Both the position numbers and the translations under genes were made by a program. The notes under the pieces are model-generated. The model saw only the letters and a program-made list of their open reading frames with translations, was not told the origin of the DNA and did no database searches. Of a stretch of DNA of 64,000 bases, positions 23,930 to 36,158 are shown in pieces (position 1 is the stretch's first letter; each line of letters begins with the position of its first letter). The DNA is from an uncultured Methanosarcinaceae archaeon (GTDB taxonomy: Archaea; Halobacteriota; Methanosarcinia; Methanosarcinales; Methanosarcinaceae): positions 128,001 through 192,000 of the forward strand of contig CAWHXP010000007.1 of assembly GCA_963833425.1 (NCBI GenBank), read 5' to 3'.

Positions 23930-24559
23930 ATGAGTAGGGTTAACGTGATATTTCACAGTATTTATGGCCACATTTACAGGATGGCAGAAGCCGTTGCTGA
24001 AGGGGCAAGAGAGATCGAAGGAACTGAGGTCGGAATTTATCAGGTGCCTGAGACTCTACCTAAAGACGTTCTGGAGAAAATGGGTGCAATCGAGACAAAA
24101 AAGCTTTTTGCGCACATACCTGTACTGACCAGGGACATGTATGGGGAAGTACTGGCTGGAGCAGATGCATTAATATTTGGAACGCCTACTAGGTACGGAA
24201 TGATGACTGCCGAGATGCGCACACTCCTTGATGGTCTAGGCGAACTATGGAGTAGAGATGCCTTCGTAAGGAAGGTGGGAAGCGTCTTCACTTCAAGTGG
24301 AACGCAGCACGGAGGCCAAGAATCCACAATACTATCGTTTCATGTTAGCCTGCTTCATCTCGGGATGATTATTGTTGGGCTTCCTTACGCCGAAAAGCGA
24401 CAAACTAGAATGGATGAAATTACTGGCGGTAGCCCATATGGAGTTTCAACAATCGCAGGCGGAGATGGAAGCCGCCAACCTTCAGAAAATGAGCTTTCAA
24501 TGGCCCGCTATCAGGGTAGACACGTATCCCAAATTGCAAAAAAACTCGCTGGAGACTAA
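23930..24559 (+). CDS. wrbA: NAD(P)H:quinone oxidoreductase type IV (flavodoxin-like)
   Basis: FHSIYGHIYRMAEAVAEGA, FGTPTRYG, TSSGTQHGGQE and GGSPYG motifs; intact. Confidence 0.95.
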   Translation: MSRVNVIFHSIYGHIYRMAEAVAEGAREIEGTEVGIYQVPETLPKDVLEKMGAIETKKLFAHIPVLTRDMYGEVLAGADALIFGTPTRYGMMTAEMRTLLDGLGELWSRDAFVRKVGSVFTSSGTQHGGQESTILSFHVSLLHLGMIIVGLPYAEKRQTRMDEITGGSPYGVSTIAGGDGSRQPSENELSMARYQGRHVSQIAKKLAGD

Positions 24560-24979
24560 AAATTCGATATTTGTGCATATTAATTTCATTGGTATCAAAT
24601 GAGATACGAATCACCAAATACCTTTATTTATACCAAATATCTATATTCAAACTACAAGATTTTTATACATCATATTAAAGTTGTGTATATTTTTAATTTT
24701 TTCATTATTTCTTGAAACTTCATGCTTATTAGCTGGCTTTTTATTATTTTGGTTTTCTGGGCAATTAAATAATAAGTTCTAATAATATACAAATTTTACA
24801 TATATATATAAAAAAAATTAAAAATCGGAAACGTGGATTAACAGGAAAACTCCAATTTATTCACGTGTCCAAGATTGCAAGGTTCTTTCTAAATTTAAAA
24901 TAGATATCAAAGGACGTAGTAGAATTTGCCTATGCGCTTCAAGACGTTTTTTGAATTTGCTAGCATGTGATCAGTTATA

Positions 24980-26086
24980 GAGAATTTCGATAAACTTCCT
25001 GCTCTTGAGCATGGTTGACTTTAAATTTGTAAATATTTATGTATATTCATGAAAACTCTTACTGATTTTGCTCTTAAATAAGAGTATAAAAGTTTTGAAT
25101 CTGTTGGAGATAAGCTTGCTGAAATTGATTCCTTAATTGATTGAAAAACTTTTCGTATTATTCTTTAGTCTATGTATATTAACAAAACCGTTTCATGAGG
25201 AGACCTGAAACTGAGGTCATGGTGATGTTCAAAATGCTTGTTTTACAACAATGGCATGGGCTCTCTGATTTTGAACTTGAGAAACAGTGTATAGATCGAA
25301 TTTCTTTTAGGAAATTCCTTGGATTTCCGGAATACATACCTTACAGTACTACTATATAGCTATTTAGGGAGAGAATTATCGAGAATTTCAAAGAAAATAT
25401 GGGGAAAGTTGCAAGGCCAACTTGATGCTCTGGGTTTACAGATAAAGCAGGGAATTATTCAGGATGCTACTTTTATCCATTCAGATCCAGGACATGCAAA
25501 AGCAGATAAACGAGGCAAAAACAAGAAGAAGCAGAGACGGAACATGGATAAAGAAGGGAGGTAAGTCTCACTTTGGATATAAGCTTCATAATATAATAGA
25601 CAGAGATTATGAGCTTATCAGAAGATTCGAAACAACAACTGCGTCAGTACATGATTCGTATGTAGATTTGACAGAGTATACTTTGGAACAAAAACGAAAG
25701 GGTATAATGCAACAATGAAAAGAGCAGTCAAAGGACATACGCTGGGAATAAAGGATATATTAAGAAATAAAAGAATTAGCTCAAAAAGAGTCCCAGGAGA
25801 AAGAGTATATTCAGTAACGAAAGAAATTTTCAAAGCAGGAAGAGTTTTTGTTACTACTGTTAAAAGAGTAAATCTAAAAATGTTGTGTATGGCTTTTTGT
25901 TATAATCTCCATCAATTGAGGACATTGAAAATAAAAAAAGTATATCTTGAAGATAGCGGAAGCTATCTTTAAAATCAAAGAATTGAGAATAAGTAAAGCC
26001 AAAAAGAGGGATTAAATAGAGAAATTGAGGGGAAGATATGAGAAATTACTGCTAAGAAATAAAATCCGAAGTTTATCGAAATCCTC
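24980..26086 (+). mobile_element. IS5-family insertion sequence, full length with inactivated transposase (25049-25972)
   Basis: TIRs GAGAATTTCGATAAACTTC / GAAGTTTATCGAAATCCTC (18/19 match), TATA on both flanks. Transposase pieces MFKMLVLQQWHGLSD, IIQDATFI, GKSHFGYKLH and KRVPGERVY, with stops and frameshifts. Confidence 0.9.
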
Positions 26087-26597
26087 TATAATTAGTTAAT
26101 TTTAAAACGCAAACGTTCTTTACATTGGGAACTTAATAGGATTTCGATAAACCCCTGATTTTCATGTGCCATCTGTATATTTTCAAATACCAAAATACCG
26201 ATACTTTTAAGTATATCGTTTGATACCACTTGAAAATTAAGTAATAGTTCTCTAGTAAAATAATAAATATATCATTGCGTCTGACCTCGCAAAATGTCAT
26301 GGGAATTGTAAGAAAGAGCTTTAATTTCTTGGATCTGAATATAAATATTGATTTTTTTTTGGTTCGATAAAGTTTTCTGTTGATATCCTATGTTGTTTTT
26401 GAAGGATGAGAATTTCAAGTTTCTAGAGCAATTTCAGATTCATCGTAGTTCCAAAATTTACTTTCATCTCAAGCTTGTCCTCAAAAGCAAGATTTCAACC
26501 TTTTCACCGATAGTTAAATAGTTTCCTTTCAGAGTTACCTTGATTTAATTTAGATGGTAGCTTCACAACTTCAAGCCAGAAAATTTATGTTCTCATT

Positions 26598-29500
26598 TTA
26601 TAAGACTTCTTTAATATTTAAATTTCAATCGAATTTGAAAGTGTTTATTATTAAAGCTTGGTGTTTGAACTTCTGTCGGATTGATTGGTAAAGTAAAATA
26701 AAAAGTTGAACCTTTACCCAATTCAGATTATGCCCATATATGTTCACCACTCCTTTCTAAAATTTTCTTACAGATTGCAAGCCCTCAGATTGCAAGCCCT
26801 ATTCCTGTTCCAGAATATTCTTCCCTTTTATTCAATCTTTTAACAATTTCAAAAATTTTCTTAAAATATTGTGTATCAATCCCAATTCCATTATCCTGAA
26901 CCAAAAATATCCATTCATTCGCTTTTTTCTCTGCAGAGACACGAATTTTTGGTGCTTCATCACCGTGGAATTTTATTCCATTCATAATTATATTCTGAAA
27001 TACTTGAACTAGCTGAGTAGAATCTGCCATTACATCAGGTAAAGGATCCTGAGATACGGTGGCTTTATTATCTCTTATCATCAATTTTAAATTGGATAAT
27101 GCTTGAGTCAAAATAAATTCACAATTCACGGTCTCAGGTTCTCTAGTATTTCTAGCCACTCGAGAGAACTCTAAAAGATCATATATTAGATTTTGCATAC
27201 GGCAAGCCCCTTCAACTGCAAAGTGGATGTACTTATCAGCCTTATCATCAAGATTACCCTCGTATCTTCTTTGTAAAAGCTGCAAATAGCTTGCAATCAT
27301 CCTCAAGGGCTCTTGTAAATCATGAGATGAAACGTAAGCTAATTGCTCTAATTCTTCATTTGAGCGGTTAAGTTCTTTTAATTTCAACTTTAAAATTTCT
27401 TCTGCTTTTTTTTGCTCTGTGATGTCACGTGCTGCAGCGAAAATACCAATAACATCACCAAATTCATCCATATAAATTGAAGAATTGTATAAAACTGGTG
27501 TTATTTTTCCATTTTTGTGCTGAATTTCAAGCGCATAGTCCAACACAAATCTTTCCTTAAATACTTCTTGATACCCTTTCTGAGCTTTCTCAGGCTCAGT
27601 GAAATTTTCTTGATATCCTTTCTGAGCTTCTCAGGCTCAGTGAAATAGTTCGCAAAGTCGGTACCAATGAGCTCATCCGTGAATAACCAGTAACTTGTTC
27701 TGCAGCTTCATTTACATCAGTAATTTTACCATCATGACCAATGGTTACTAAAGGATCCAAGCTAGCTTCGATCAAACTACGATTATAAATATTGGATAAC
27801 CTAATTTTTTCTTCAGCCTGCTTGATCTCGTGGATGTCTGTACAAGTACCGAACCACTTATCTATCGCTCCACTCTCATTTAAGAATGGCACTCCACGAA
27901 TCAGCCACCAGCGATAGAAGCCGTCTGCACCGTGTTGCCGGCATTCAAGAGAATAAGGGCCGTTGTCGTGCACCGCATTTTGCCAGGCATTCCAAGCACG
28001 TTTTTGGTCATCTGGGTGAAAGGGCTTGTTCCAACCATGGCCATAGCTTTCTTCCAATGTAAGGCCTGTATACTACATCCAATTATGGGGTTTTCCGGTT
28101 TCAAGTACTTTATAGGATTCGCTGAACTCACACCGCTTTGTGAGTCCAAAACGATATCCATAACAGCATCTTCCGTCAGACTCACCGAACTTTTCGCGGA
28201 AAGCGCGGTTGGCAAAAGCGACATGATAATCAGGTGTCAACAGGCATATCATTGTCTGAAGAGTCTCTAGCGCATCAAAGAGCTGTCTTCGTTCACTCTC
28301 AATAGCTTCGGCAACCTGACGATGTGCTTCGCTTTGCAGCAGTGCTTCTTCTGCAATTTTGCGATCTGAGAGGTCAACGAAAGTGGCAAGGAAATTGTCT
28401 TCGATAGTGATGCCGGAAATTTCTACAATGCGAACCGTACCGTTCTTACAGGTAACTTTGTATTCGATAGGCTGGATGGCAGTTTTTTCCTGAATGGCCC
28501 TTTGGACAGCCGTTTCCCAGGTGTCAACCACCCAACTGCGGGTAACTCTAATCGGGATAAGCCACTTGCCACCACTCCTTCAGCGTTGGGACATCCTCGT
28601 GAGTTTAGCCAAAAGTAGTCACAAACCGATCGTTGAAATACATCAATACGCCGTCCTTGTTGACAAAGCATAGCAGGATCGGCGCCTGATTAATTCACCA
28701 ACCTTCGGAACTGCTCCTCACTCTTCTGCAGAGTTTCATATGATTCCTGAAATTCCTCGGACTGAGTCTGCAACTCCTCGGATTGAATCTGGAGATTCTC
28801 GTGTGCTTTCTGTAAAGATTCCTCGGCTCGCGTTTTGGCCAAGGCCACGGCCAAGTAGTCCGCCAGCCTTTCCAACATCGAGATCTTTTCGTGGGTAAAC
28901 TGGTCTTTACGTCTGTCGTTCAACTGGAGAAGACCCAGCCTATCATCACCCACGCGCAAAGCTATCATGGCCACTGATTCATACCCCTCCCCATTGCAAC
29001 TGTTCCGTGTCCGAGCCTGGGGTAAACGTCTGTGGTGGTAGCCAGCAGTTCTTTAGTGCAGTTAGTACAGAAACTTCCCCGCGCTGTGAAGAAGGGCTTA
29101 GATGGGTCGAACCGTCCAAAAATAACGTTTACACACAGGCACTCATGAATTGGATAGCCATCACTATCGCATATAGGCTGTCCGAAACCGTTCAGTACAC
29201 ATAGACTGTTTTCCGACCTCACGAATTCTTCGGAGAAACCGGAAGTCTCGAAGTAAGGATAATCATCGCTATCCTTGAGCCGGATGCCTACTGCTTCGAA
29301 GCTAGAGCGCTCGCCGAAGAAATTAACGGCAGAATGAACCAAATCTACTGCACCCTTGCTCTTGTTCGTGCGATGTAAGAACTCCACAATCATCTAGCGT
29401 TCTGCTCTGCCTTCTTGATTTCTGTAACGTCCCGAACGACGGATACCGATCCAATGATATTACCTTCTGGATCTCTAACAGGGGAGGTATTTATCTGTTG

Positions 29501-31844
29501 ATGGAGCAACTCTCCAGTGGCAGGTATGCGAACGATATGTTCATAACCCATCACGATTTCACCACGCAAGGCACGCAAGGCAGATTCTTCCTCTATCGGC
29601 CGAAGACTACCATAAGGACGATAAATCTCTAAGTTCGGGACTAATTTATCTATGTTAGTTTCTTCATAGTCATTGATCCGAACACCCTTCGTCCCGCAGA
29701 ATTGACAAAGGTGAAGTTTTCTTTAGAATCTGCAAACCAGACTTCGTCAGTAAGATTGTCGATCAATGAAGATAGTCGATATTTCTCCTGTTGAATAACG
29801 TCTAGAAGTCGCAGCCGTTCTTCCTCTGCCTGCTTGCGCTCTAATTCTGCCTTTCTCCTCTGCAAAACCTGCATCACCGCAGGCGCAATGGCTTCAAGAT
29901 CCTCCTGCTGATCGCAGCTATAGCCGCCTTCACGGTTTGCAACCCCCAGCAAACCCATTATTTTACCATCTAAGATGAGGGATACACCAAGAAATGACGT
30001 GAGCGGGGATGACCGTGTGTCACGCTGATACTATCTTGATGTGATGGTGGATCATTAGTAAAAAATCCTTTCCCGTTTTTAATGACATTACCATACAAGC
30101 CATGCACGACAAAATTTCCCGGAGGGCGGCGATGACCAGTCTTGTCATACATCAGACACTGCTCCCATCCCATGTCGCTGATTGCAATATCGTGAAGTAA
30201 CCCATCATCACCCACTAAATTGACGAAACCGAGCTTGCTGCCGGTCACTTCCAGAGCTACAGACAAACACTTATTTCCAAGATATTCTTCTGTCTCATCC
30301 TGTACTACAATACTAAAGATCCGGTTAATTCCTTTGAGAATACGGTCTTGTCTGAGTATACTGTACTCTTCTTGCTTACTTTCGGTTATGTCCACGGCGA
30401 GGCCCACAATACCAAGCAGCTTACCGTCTTTCGCGAGCCACGGAGACTTCGTCGAGAGGTAAATCCGAAGAGAGCCATCCAGCAGTCGGACTTACTCCTC
30501 GGTAACCAGAGGCTGGCATGCCTCGCGGATTATGCGGTCGTTTTCCATCACAGCTTCACCAAGGCACGGGTCAGAGTGGAACTCAATGTCTGTCTTGCCC
30601 AACACTTCGTCTGCCGACTTACCGAGCAAACTTAAGAGGGAATCACTCACATAGACCATCTGGCACTGGCAGTCCTTGACGAATAAGAGATCCGGCGAGT
30701 TTTGTGAAACCGCGCGCAGGATCTCAGTCGCCTTAAAGAGCTCCTGCTTCATACGCTTGCGTTCGGTGATATCCGTCAGAAGCTACAGTAGTGGAGCAAA
30801 TTGCCCTCAGTATCGAACACCGGCTGCACGAAGAGTTCGATAGGTACCTGTGTTCCATCTTTACGGAGGTACTCCTTCTCGTAGCGGACAGGTTAATGAG
30901 TGCAGAGTGCCACAGCTAGGTGCATAGCTTCCTCATCACGCCATTCGGGTGGAGTCAAGTCGGTGTCTCAGCTCAGTTGCTTCTGAATAAGTTCATCGCG
31001 ATTGTAGCCAGCGAGATCGGCAAAAGCCTGGTTGAACAATAGCCAGCCTACCATCCGGCGCGCCGACACCAAAGGGCACGTTAGATTTCTCCACAAAGTC
31101 GGCTAAGAACCTTTCATGCTCTGTCACCTGGAGAAGTGCCTCCTCAGTTAGTTTGAGCTCCAGTTCGGCTCTTTTCCTCTACAGAGATTGTAAAATTGCT
31201 GTTTCTTCCGCTTCTTTACGCTTGGAATTTTCTATCCGTTTCCATTTACCGTTCTTTTTGATCAAAGCAAATTGATGGTTGACGACCACATCGATGATTT
31301 CGGTTGCGTTGAACCTGTCGAGAGAGTAAGTGCAGATAGCCATCATCTGATAGTTGCCGATGACCCTGTCCACCGCTTTCTCATAATCATAAAAATCGTT
31401 CCAATCTTCTTTTTCCAGCCAAAAAGTATTCCCAGTCAATCTCAAACCATCATAGCCATTAGCCAGAACCTGATTGTTTTTCGCCCCATCCGTTTAATAC
31501 TCTATCTGAATCGAAAACACCCTCTTTTAAATACCAGTGAGTGTAAGAACGATTTCAAGTTGTCCTTTCTCCAAATAAATATCAATATCAGGAATTGCTC
31601 TTTGAAGGACTTCTTTTGCCTCTTCTACTTCCAGAGGTTGTGATGTGACCCACATGCAAAATTCGTTATTTTCCAGTCATGTTTTGAAATAAGGAACAAG
31701 TATATCTATCAAATCCTCTCTGGTTTGGTAGAACTGACAGAAATGTGTTCCCCATGACAAATCGCCAATGATACCAATACCAGAATATCTCAAGTTTTTA
31801 TTCGTTAAAGACGTATACTTATTTTCCAGCTCTTCCATAGTCAT
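26598..31844 (-). pseudogene. Large MEDS-PAS-GAF multi-sensor histidine kinase, fragmented into more than 12 pieces
   Basis: N-terminal MEDS (WGTHFCQFYQT, RLTGNTFWL), several PAS/PAC and GAF segments, HisKA (SHDLQEPLRMI) and HATPase (VFQNIIMNGIKF, DNGIGI, GTGIGLAI). Confidence 0.9.
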
Positions 31845-32027
31845 ATTCCAAAATTTTGCTATTATCGACATTCTATAGATGTATACGTGTAGATTCATAA
31901 TTAAATAATTTTAGTGTAATCACTGAATTTAGAACTAAATTTCTCTGATTTTTCCGCAACTTATCTACTTAAATTTAACTTTATGTAATTTTGTATCTAA
32001 CTAATTATGAATCCACTGGAAGCAGCC

Positions 32028-32295
32028 AATAAAAATAAAAGTAAATATAGATCTATTAGGGCTGCATGAAGTCAGGATAAGAGAACTACAAGAGTAGATC
32101 AAAGTCAAAAATAACCAAATAGATGTCAAAGGTAATATGAACTCAAACAGGCGAGAATAGATGAGTTGAAAACTCAGATACAAGTATCCTGCGGCTAGAA
32201 GAACATTACGGACAAACATATAGAAAACCTGAATGAAAATATGCACAATCAGGCTGTGCATATTCAAACTTTAATCCCGGAAAACAGCAGGTAGA
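32028..32295 (+). pseudogene. Coiled-coil protein remnant, possibly mobile-element associated
   Basis: Reads LHEVRIRELQE*IKVKNNQID..QARIDELKTQIQV..DKHIENLNENMHNQAVHIQTLI. Confidence 0.4.
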
Positions 32296-32364
32296 AAAGA
32301 AACTTGATTTTATTAATTATTAAATCAATTTTTTTTTATATTAATCACTAAACAAAAAAAACAA

Positions 32365-33609
32365 TTATTTAATATTTCCTCCATCACAGATGATAATCTT
32401 ATCAATTTGGCCGTGGCTCTCGATGGCTGGAACCATGACTCCATGATCAATAATACCACCGTCTACATGGATTTCACGACCTATACTTCCAGGTTTCAGG
32501 CTTAGGCCGACGGCGGTGAGTCTGGTGATTACACCCTTGACAAGGCTGTCACCCTCACCACTGTGGGTTTCGATTCCATTGTGAACGATCAAGCGACCAA
32601 AGGGATGACTTATCTGAATACCGACGGCAGCATCCGCATGCATCTCAATCCGATAAAACTCGGCAACATTGATGGTTCCTGCGTAGATGTTAAAACCACT
32701 GGCTCCGAGCCCAAAAGTCTCCAACGGCGCGGTGATAATGAGCTGGTCGATGAATCCAAAGTTAACGAATCCAATCCCACTCGGACCATATGAAGTGACT
32801 GGAGCTTTAACTGTCCAGCAGTCTACGGTACCCCAATTGTCCAGCACCATGTCGTTGACATGCGTAAGTTGTCACCGTACCGAGGTTGGTACCGTCCTTC
32901 ATATGTGCACCGTATACGACTAAGATGGCACCTGTGATCTGTCCTGCCGTTCCCTCTCTGGTATGCCCCCTTCGGAAGAAGACCGAGCCAGTATGCAGAC
33001 GAGAAGCTTCCAAACGGCCGCTAGTATTACCACCTGGAAACAAATATCCCACTACCTCTAACTGGTGCATCCTTGCTGCCTGCTGGCAGGCCCGTGAGGT
33101 CGGCTGTGATGAGAATAGTCGCGTCAGCGTGCTGGTTTTTCCATATCGTGACCGCTCCTTGTAGCACTTTTACTCCATAGCCCTGTGGACGTGGTGACTC
33201 TCTCTTGTGTCAGCTTGCTCTATGTAGAGATCGTTCACGATTATGTGTCCTGATCGCACAGCATCGCGAGCTAAGATCTGTACCTGCCCGACCGCTTTCA
33301 ACCCTGCGAGTTCCAAAGTTCCTAGTCCATTTACTGTGGTATCATTGAACAGAGCTCGGGTAGTTGGAGACGTCTGCAGGTGCAAAGAAGCAACGTGATT
33401 GTCGCTAGTAGCTGCACTCCCCCGTCAACACCCTCGGAGAGCACCAGAGCGGCGCGGTCGTCAGCGCCTATCAGGCTGCATCAGGGTGACAGTAGGAGAG
33501 TAGGCACTTGATTAAGCATGCCCTGTACTACAATGTTACCGATCTGCTCGTCTGCGAGGGCTTGTTGAAGACGTTCGGTTGAGTTTACTGTCGTAAGAAT
33601 GCGTTTCAT
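32365..33609 (-). pseudogene. GC-rich, probably bacterial-origin beta-helix-like hypothetical protein, frameshifted
   Basis: One ~410-aa reading can be stitched from ATG 33609 (MKRILTTVNST) through ORFs 33170-33385, 32807-33070 and 32365-32850. Gly/Val/Ile-rich and visibly more GC-rich than the flanks. Confidence 0.65.
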
Positions 33610-33639
33610 GATTCACTCTCTCGTCCATTGAAAACGTTT

Positions 33640-34086
33640 AAGCAAATGGTGACTTGTGTATTTCTACAACCCAAACTAAGTTTGTTAGAATTTTGTTTCA
33701 ATTCCATCTACATCCTTGACTATTACCTCAAAGTTCTCATTTTTATTCTCGGAAATCGCATTAATTTTTCGATGTTCGCGCCTTCCAAAGTCAGCAAGGA
33801 ACCGTCTCTCCAGAATCCACATGCAAACTTGGCAATTTTTCAGCTTCAGCAGCATTATTCAACGCTGTAGACACTTCAAAGCCCCATCAGCATTCATTTT
33901 TCGATATGTTTATAGGATTTAAGATATTCTCCCGATGTTGAATTTTTTTCATTTCTTCATCCAATTGTAAAAGCTTGATATGTAATATCCCACGGGTGCT
34001 GCTGCAAACGAGTATGGAAGTCCCGATGCAACGTTATTACCAATTAGCTGAGTTATATCAGGAGTTAATTTAGAAGGGCGTGCCAT
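33640..34086 (-). pseudogene. Terminase small subunit-like HTH protein remnant
   Basis: MARPSKLTPDITQLIGNNVASGLPYSFAAA..GITYQAFYNWMKK*..CMWILERRF..FGRRE, the 'GRPSKLT...WxLERR' pattern of phage TerS-like proteins. Confidence 0.55.
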
Positions 34087-35108
34087 GATAACCCCATTTT
34101 TACATTTAATAAATATAATTGAATATTATATTTAAATTGTGTTAATTTTTATGCATAAGTCAGTATTTAGGGTAGTAAGAGCCTATCTGAAACGTTTGTA
34201 ACCTAGCATAACTTTTCAATACACAATTGAATGCTGTAATCAATTACCACTTTTACAGTTATACCATTTTTATATTTCTTACGCTCTAGAAGCCAAAAAA
34301 ATGTTTGTGGGCGCTTTTAAGGTATTTTTTTGAGTCTGATAGTGATATCCACGTGGGGATTATCAAAAAACCTACTACAGGCTCGTAAACAGTTGTTACA
34401 AAAAAAAGTACGCTACTGTCACGTATTCGCAGTAAAATTTTTTAGAATTTACAGAGTCTTAAATTAATTCTCTAATTTTATATTTTTATCTGATAATAAG
34501 TCTACATTATAAATGATTCTTAATCGTGTGCCAGATGCAGGCATTAAGTTATTCTCACTGTTTTAGCGATTATTGAACAGTAAAGGATCAGTTCTTCACT
34601 GATATCAGTAGACCCAAGACAGGCCAATGACATTCATTGGTGCTACATAATTCTAGAAGGTAGCTATTCTGAATTAAAATAGAAATAAAATCAATTAAAA
34701 ATCGTACTAAAATCGGAGAAATAGATACTTTTTATCAATAAACTTAGCCATCATAAAAGCATAAAAACTTATATTTTATCTGTTTATTTTCTAGAATAGC
34801 CAGTTCATTTGGTAATATTGTGAAATGCTAGATCAGGTCTTCAAGCTCCCAGTGCCTTTTCAATAATCAAACCTCCAAACTCAAACGCAGAGTCACTTCT
34901 ATTATGTGAAAATTATTTTTCACTTTGTGACAGACGTGCTCCATTGGGCCTTATCGACAAAATTCGAAAATAGAACAAAATTAAAACTTACTTTTCGTTG
35001 AGTTTATAATTAATAACATTTTCGGTTATCTTTTTTGGATGATTATTCAAAAATGTCTGACTTTTTTCAACTGAAGCTTTGAAAAAGTGAAAAATAAGAG
35101 AAAACAGG

Positions 35109-36158
35109 TCAGTAATCGACCTGTGCTGTTTCTTTTATCTTTTCCTTGAACAGAGTATATACCCACAACTGGTAGATGACGACTATGGGCACGAATACCA
35201 ATGCTCCTCCCAACATGATGCTCAAGGTCGTGTGGCTTGATGCTGCCTCAAAGATATCTATTCCATATTCAAGAGAAACAGAGGACTTAAGCATGTAAGG
35301 GTAGATACTCGCAAGCCCGCTTTGAACAACGAAAAGAAGCGCAAAGAGATTGCTGCAAAAGGCCGTGAACCCCCTGCTCTTTTTTGCAAAGAACACAGCA
35401 AGGACAGCTGCCACTACCGCAAGAACTGGCAATAAGTACAGAGCTGGAGTTGCTGAATAGTTGGTTATAAAACCTTCTATACCCAGAAAGGAATATGCCA
35501 GATAGATCAGAGCAAGTACAAGTACAATAATAGTGCTCTTCTTTGCCAGATCACCTGATTTTGCAGCTATGGCACTTTCAGTCTTTACATTGATCCAGAG
35601 AGCACCTGACGTAACACTCATAAACACAAATAAGACACCGCCTATTAATGCATATGGGCTGAAAAGTCCAGGTAGGGTACCATTATAAATTCTTCCTGAA
35701 GCGATTTCAAACCCCTTGAAAAAGTTCGCAAATGCAACTCCCAAGATCAGAGAGATCAGCAGGCTTCCAACGAACCATCCCCACGTAAGGATCTTTTGGA
35801 TCTGTGGATTATCATCCTTGTGGAGATATTCCACGGAAATTCCCCTCGCGACCAGGCCGATGAGCAGCAACATCATAGGAAGATACAGGAAGGTAAACAT
35901 CTTTGAGAATACCAAAGGGAATGCAGCAAATGTTTCACCTACAGCCAGGATAAGCCATACCTCATTACCGCCCCAGAAAGGACCCACAGATCTCTGGATT
36001 TGTATCCTCTGCACCTTATCTGTGGCAATAAAGGGTGCCAAAAGTCCTGCTCCAAGGGAAAATGAGTCTACAATGAAGTAAATTCCCCATATTATGCACC
36101 ACAGGAAGAACCAGATAACAGCAAGCATATCGCGAGTAAGGAAATTGAACACTTTCAC
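35109..36158 (-). CDS. cydB: Cytochrome bd quinol oxidase subunit II
   Basis: IVDSFSLGAG, VGPFWGGNEVWL and ARGISVEY motifs; multi-TM; overlaps the cydA stop (GTGA). Confidence 0.93.
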   Translation of the reverse strand: MKVFNFLTRDMLAVIWFFLWCIIWGIYFIVDSFSLGAGLLAPFIATDKVQRIQIQRSVGPFWGGNEVWLILAVGETFAAFPLVFSKMFTFLYLPMMLLLIGLVARGISVEYLHKDDNPQIQKILTWGWFVGSLLISLILGVAFANFFKGFEIASGRIYNGTLPGLFSPYALIGGVLFVFMSVTSGALWINVKTESAIAAKSGDLAKKSTIIVLVLALIYLAYSFLGIEGFITNYSATPALYLLPVLAVVAAVLAVFFAKKSRGFTAFCSNLFALLFVVQSGLASIYPYMLKSSVSLEYGIDIFEAASSHTTLSIMLGGALVFVPIVVIYQLWVYTLFKEKIKETAQVDY

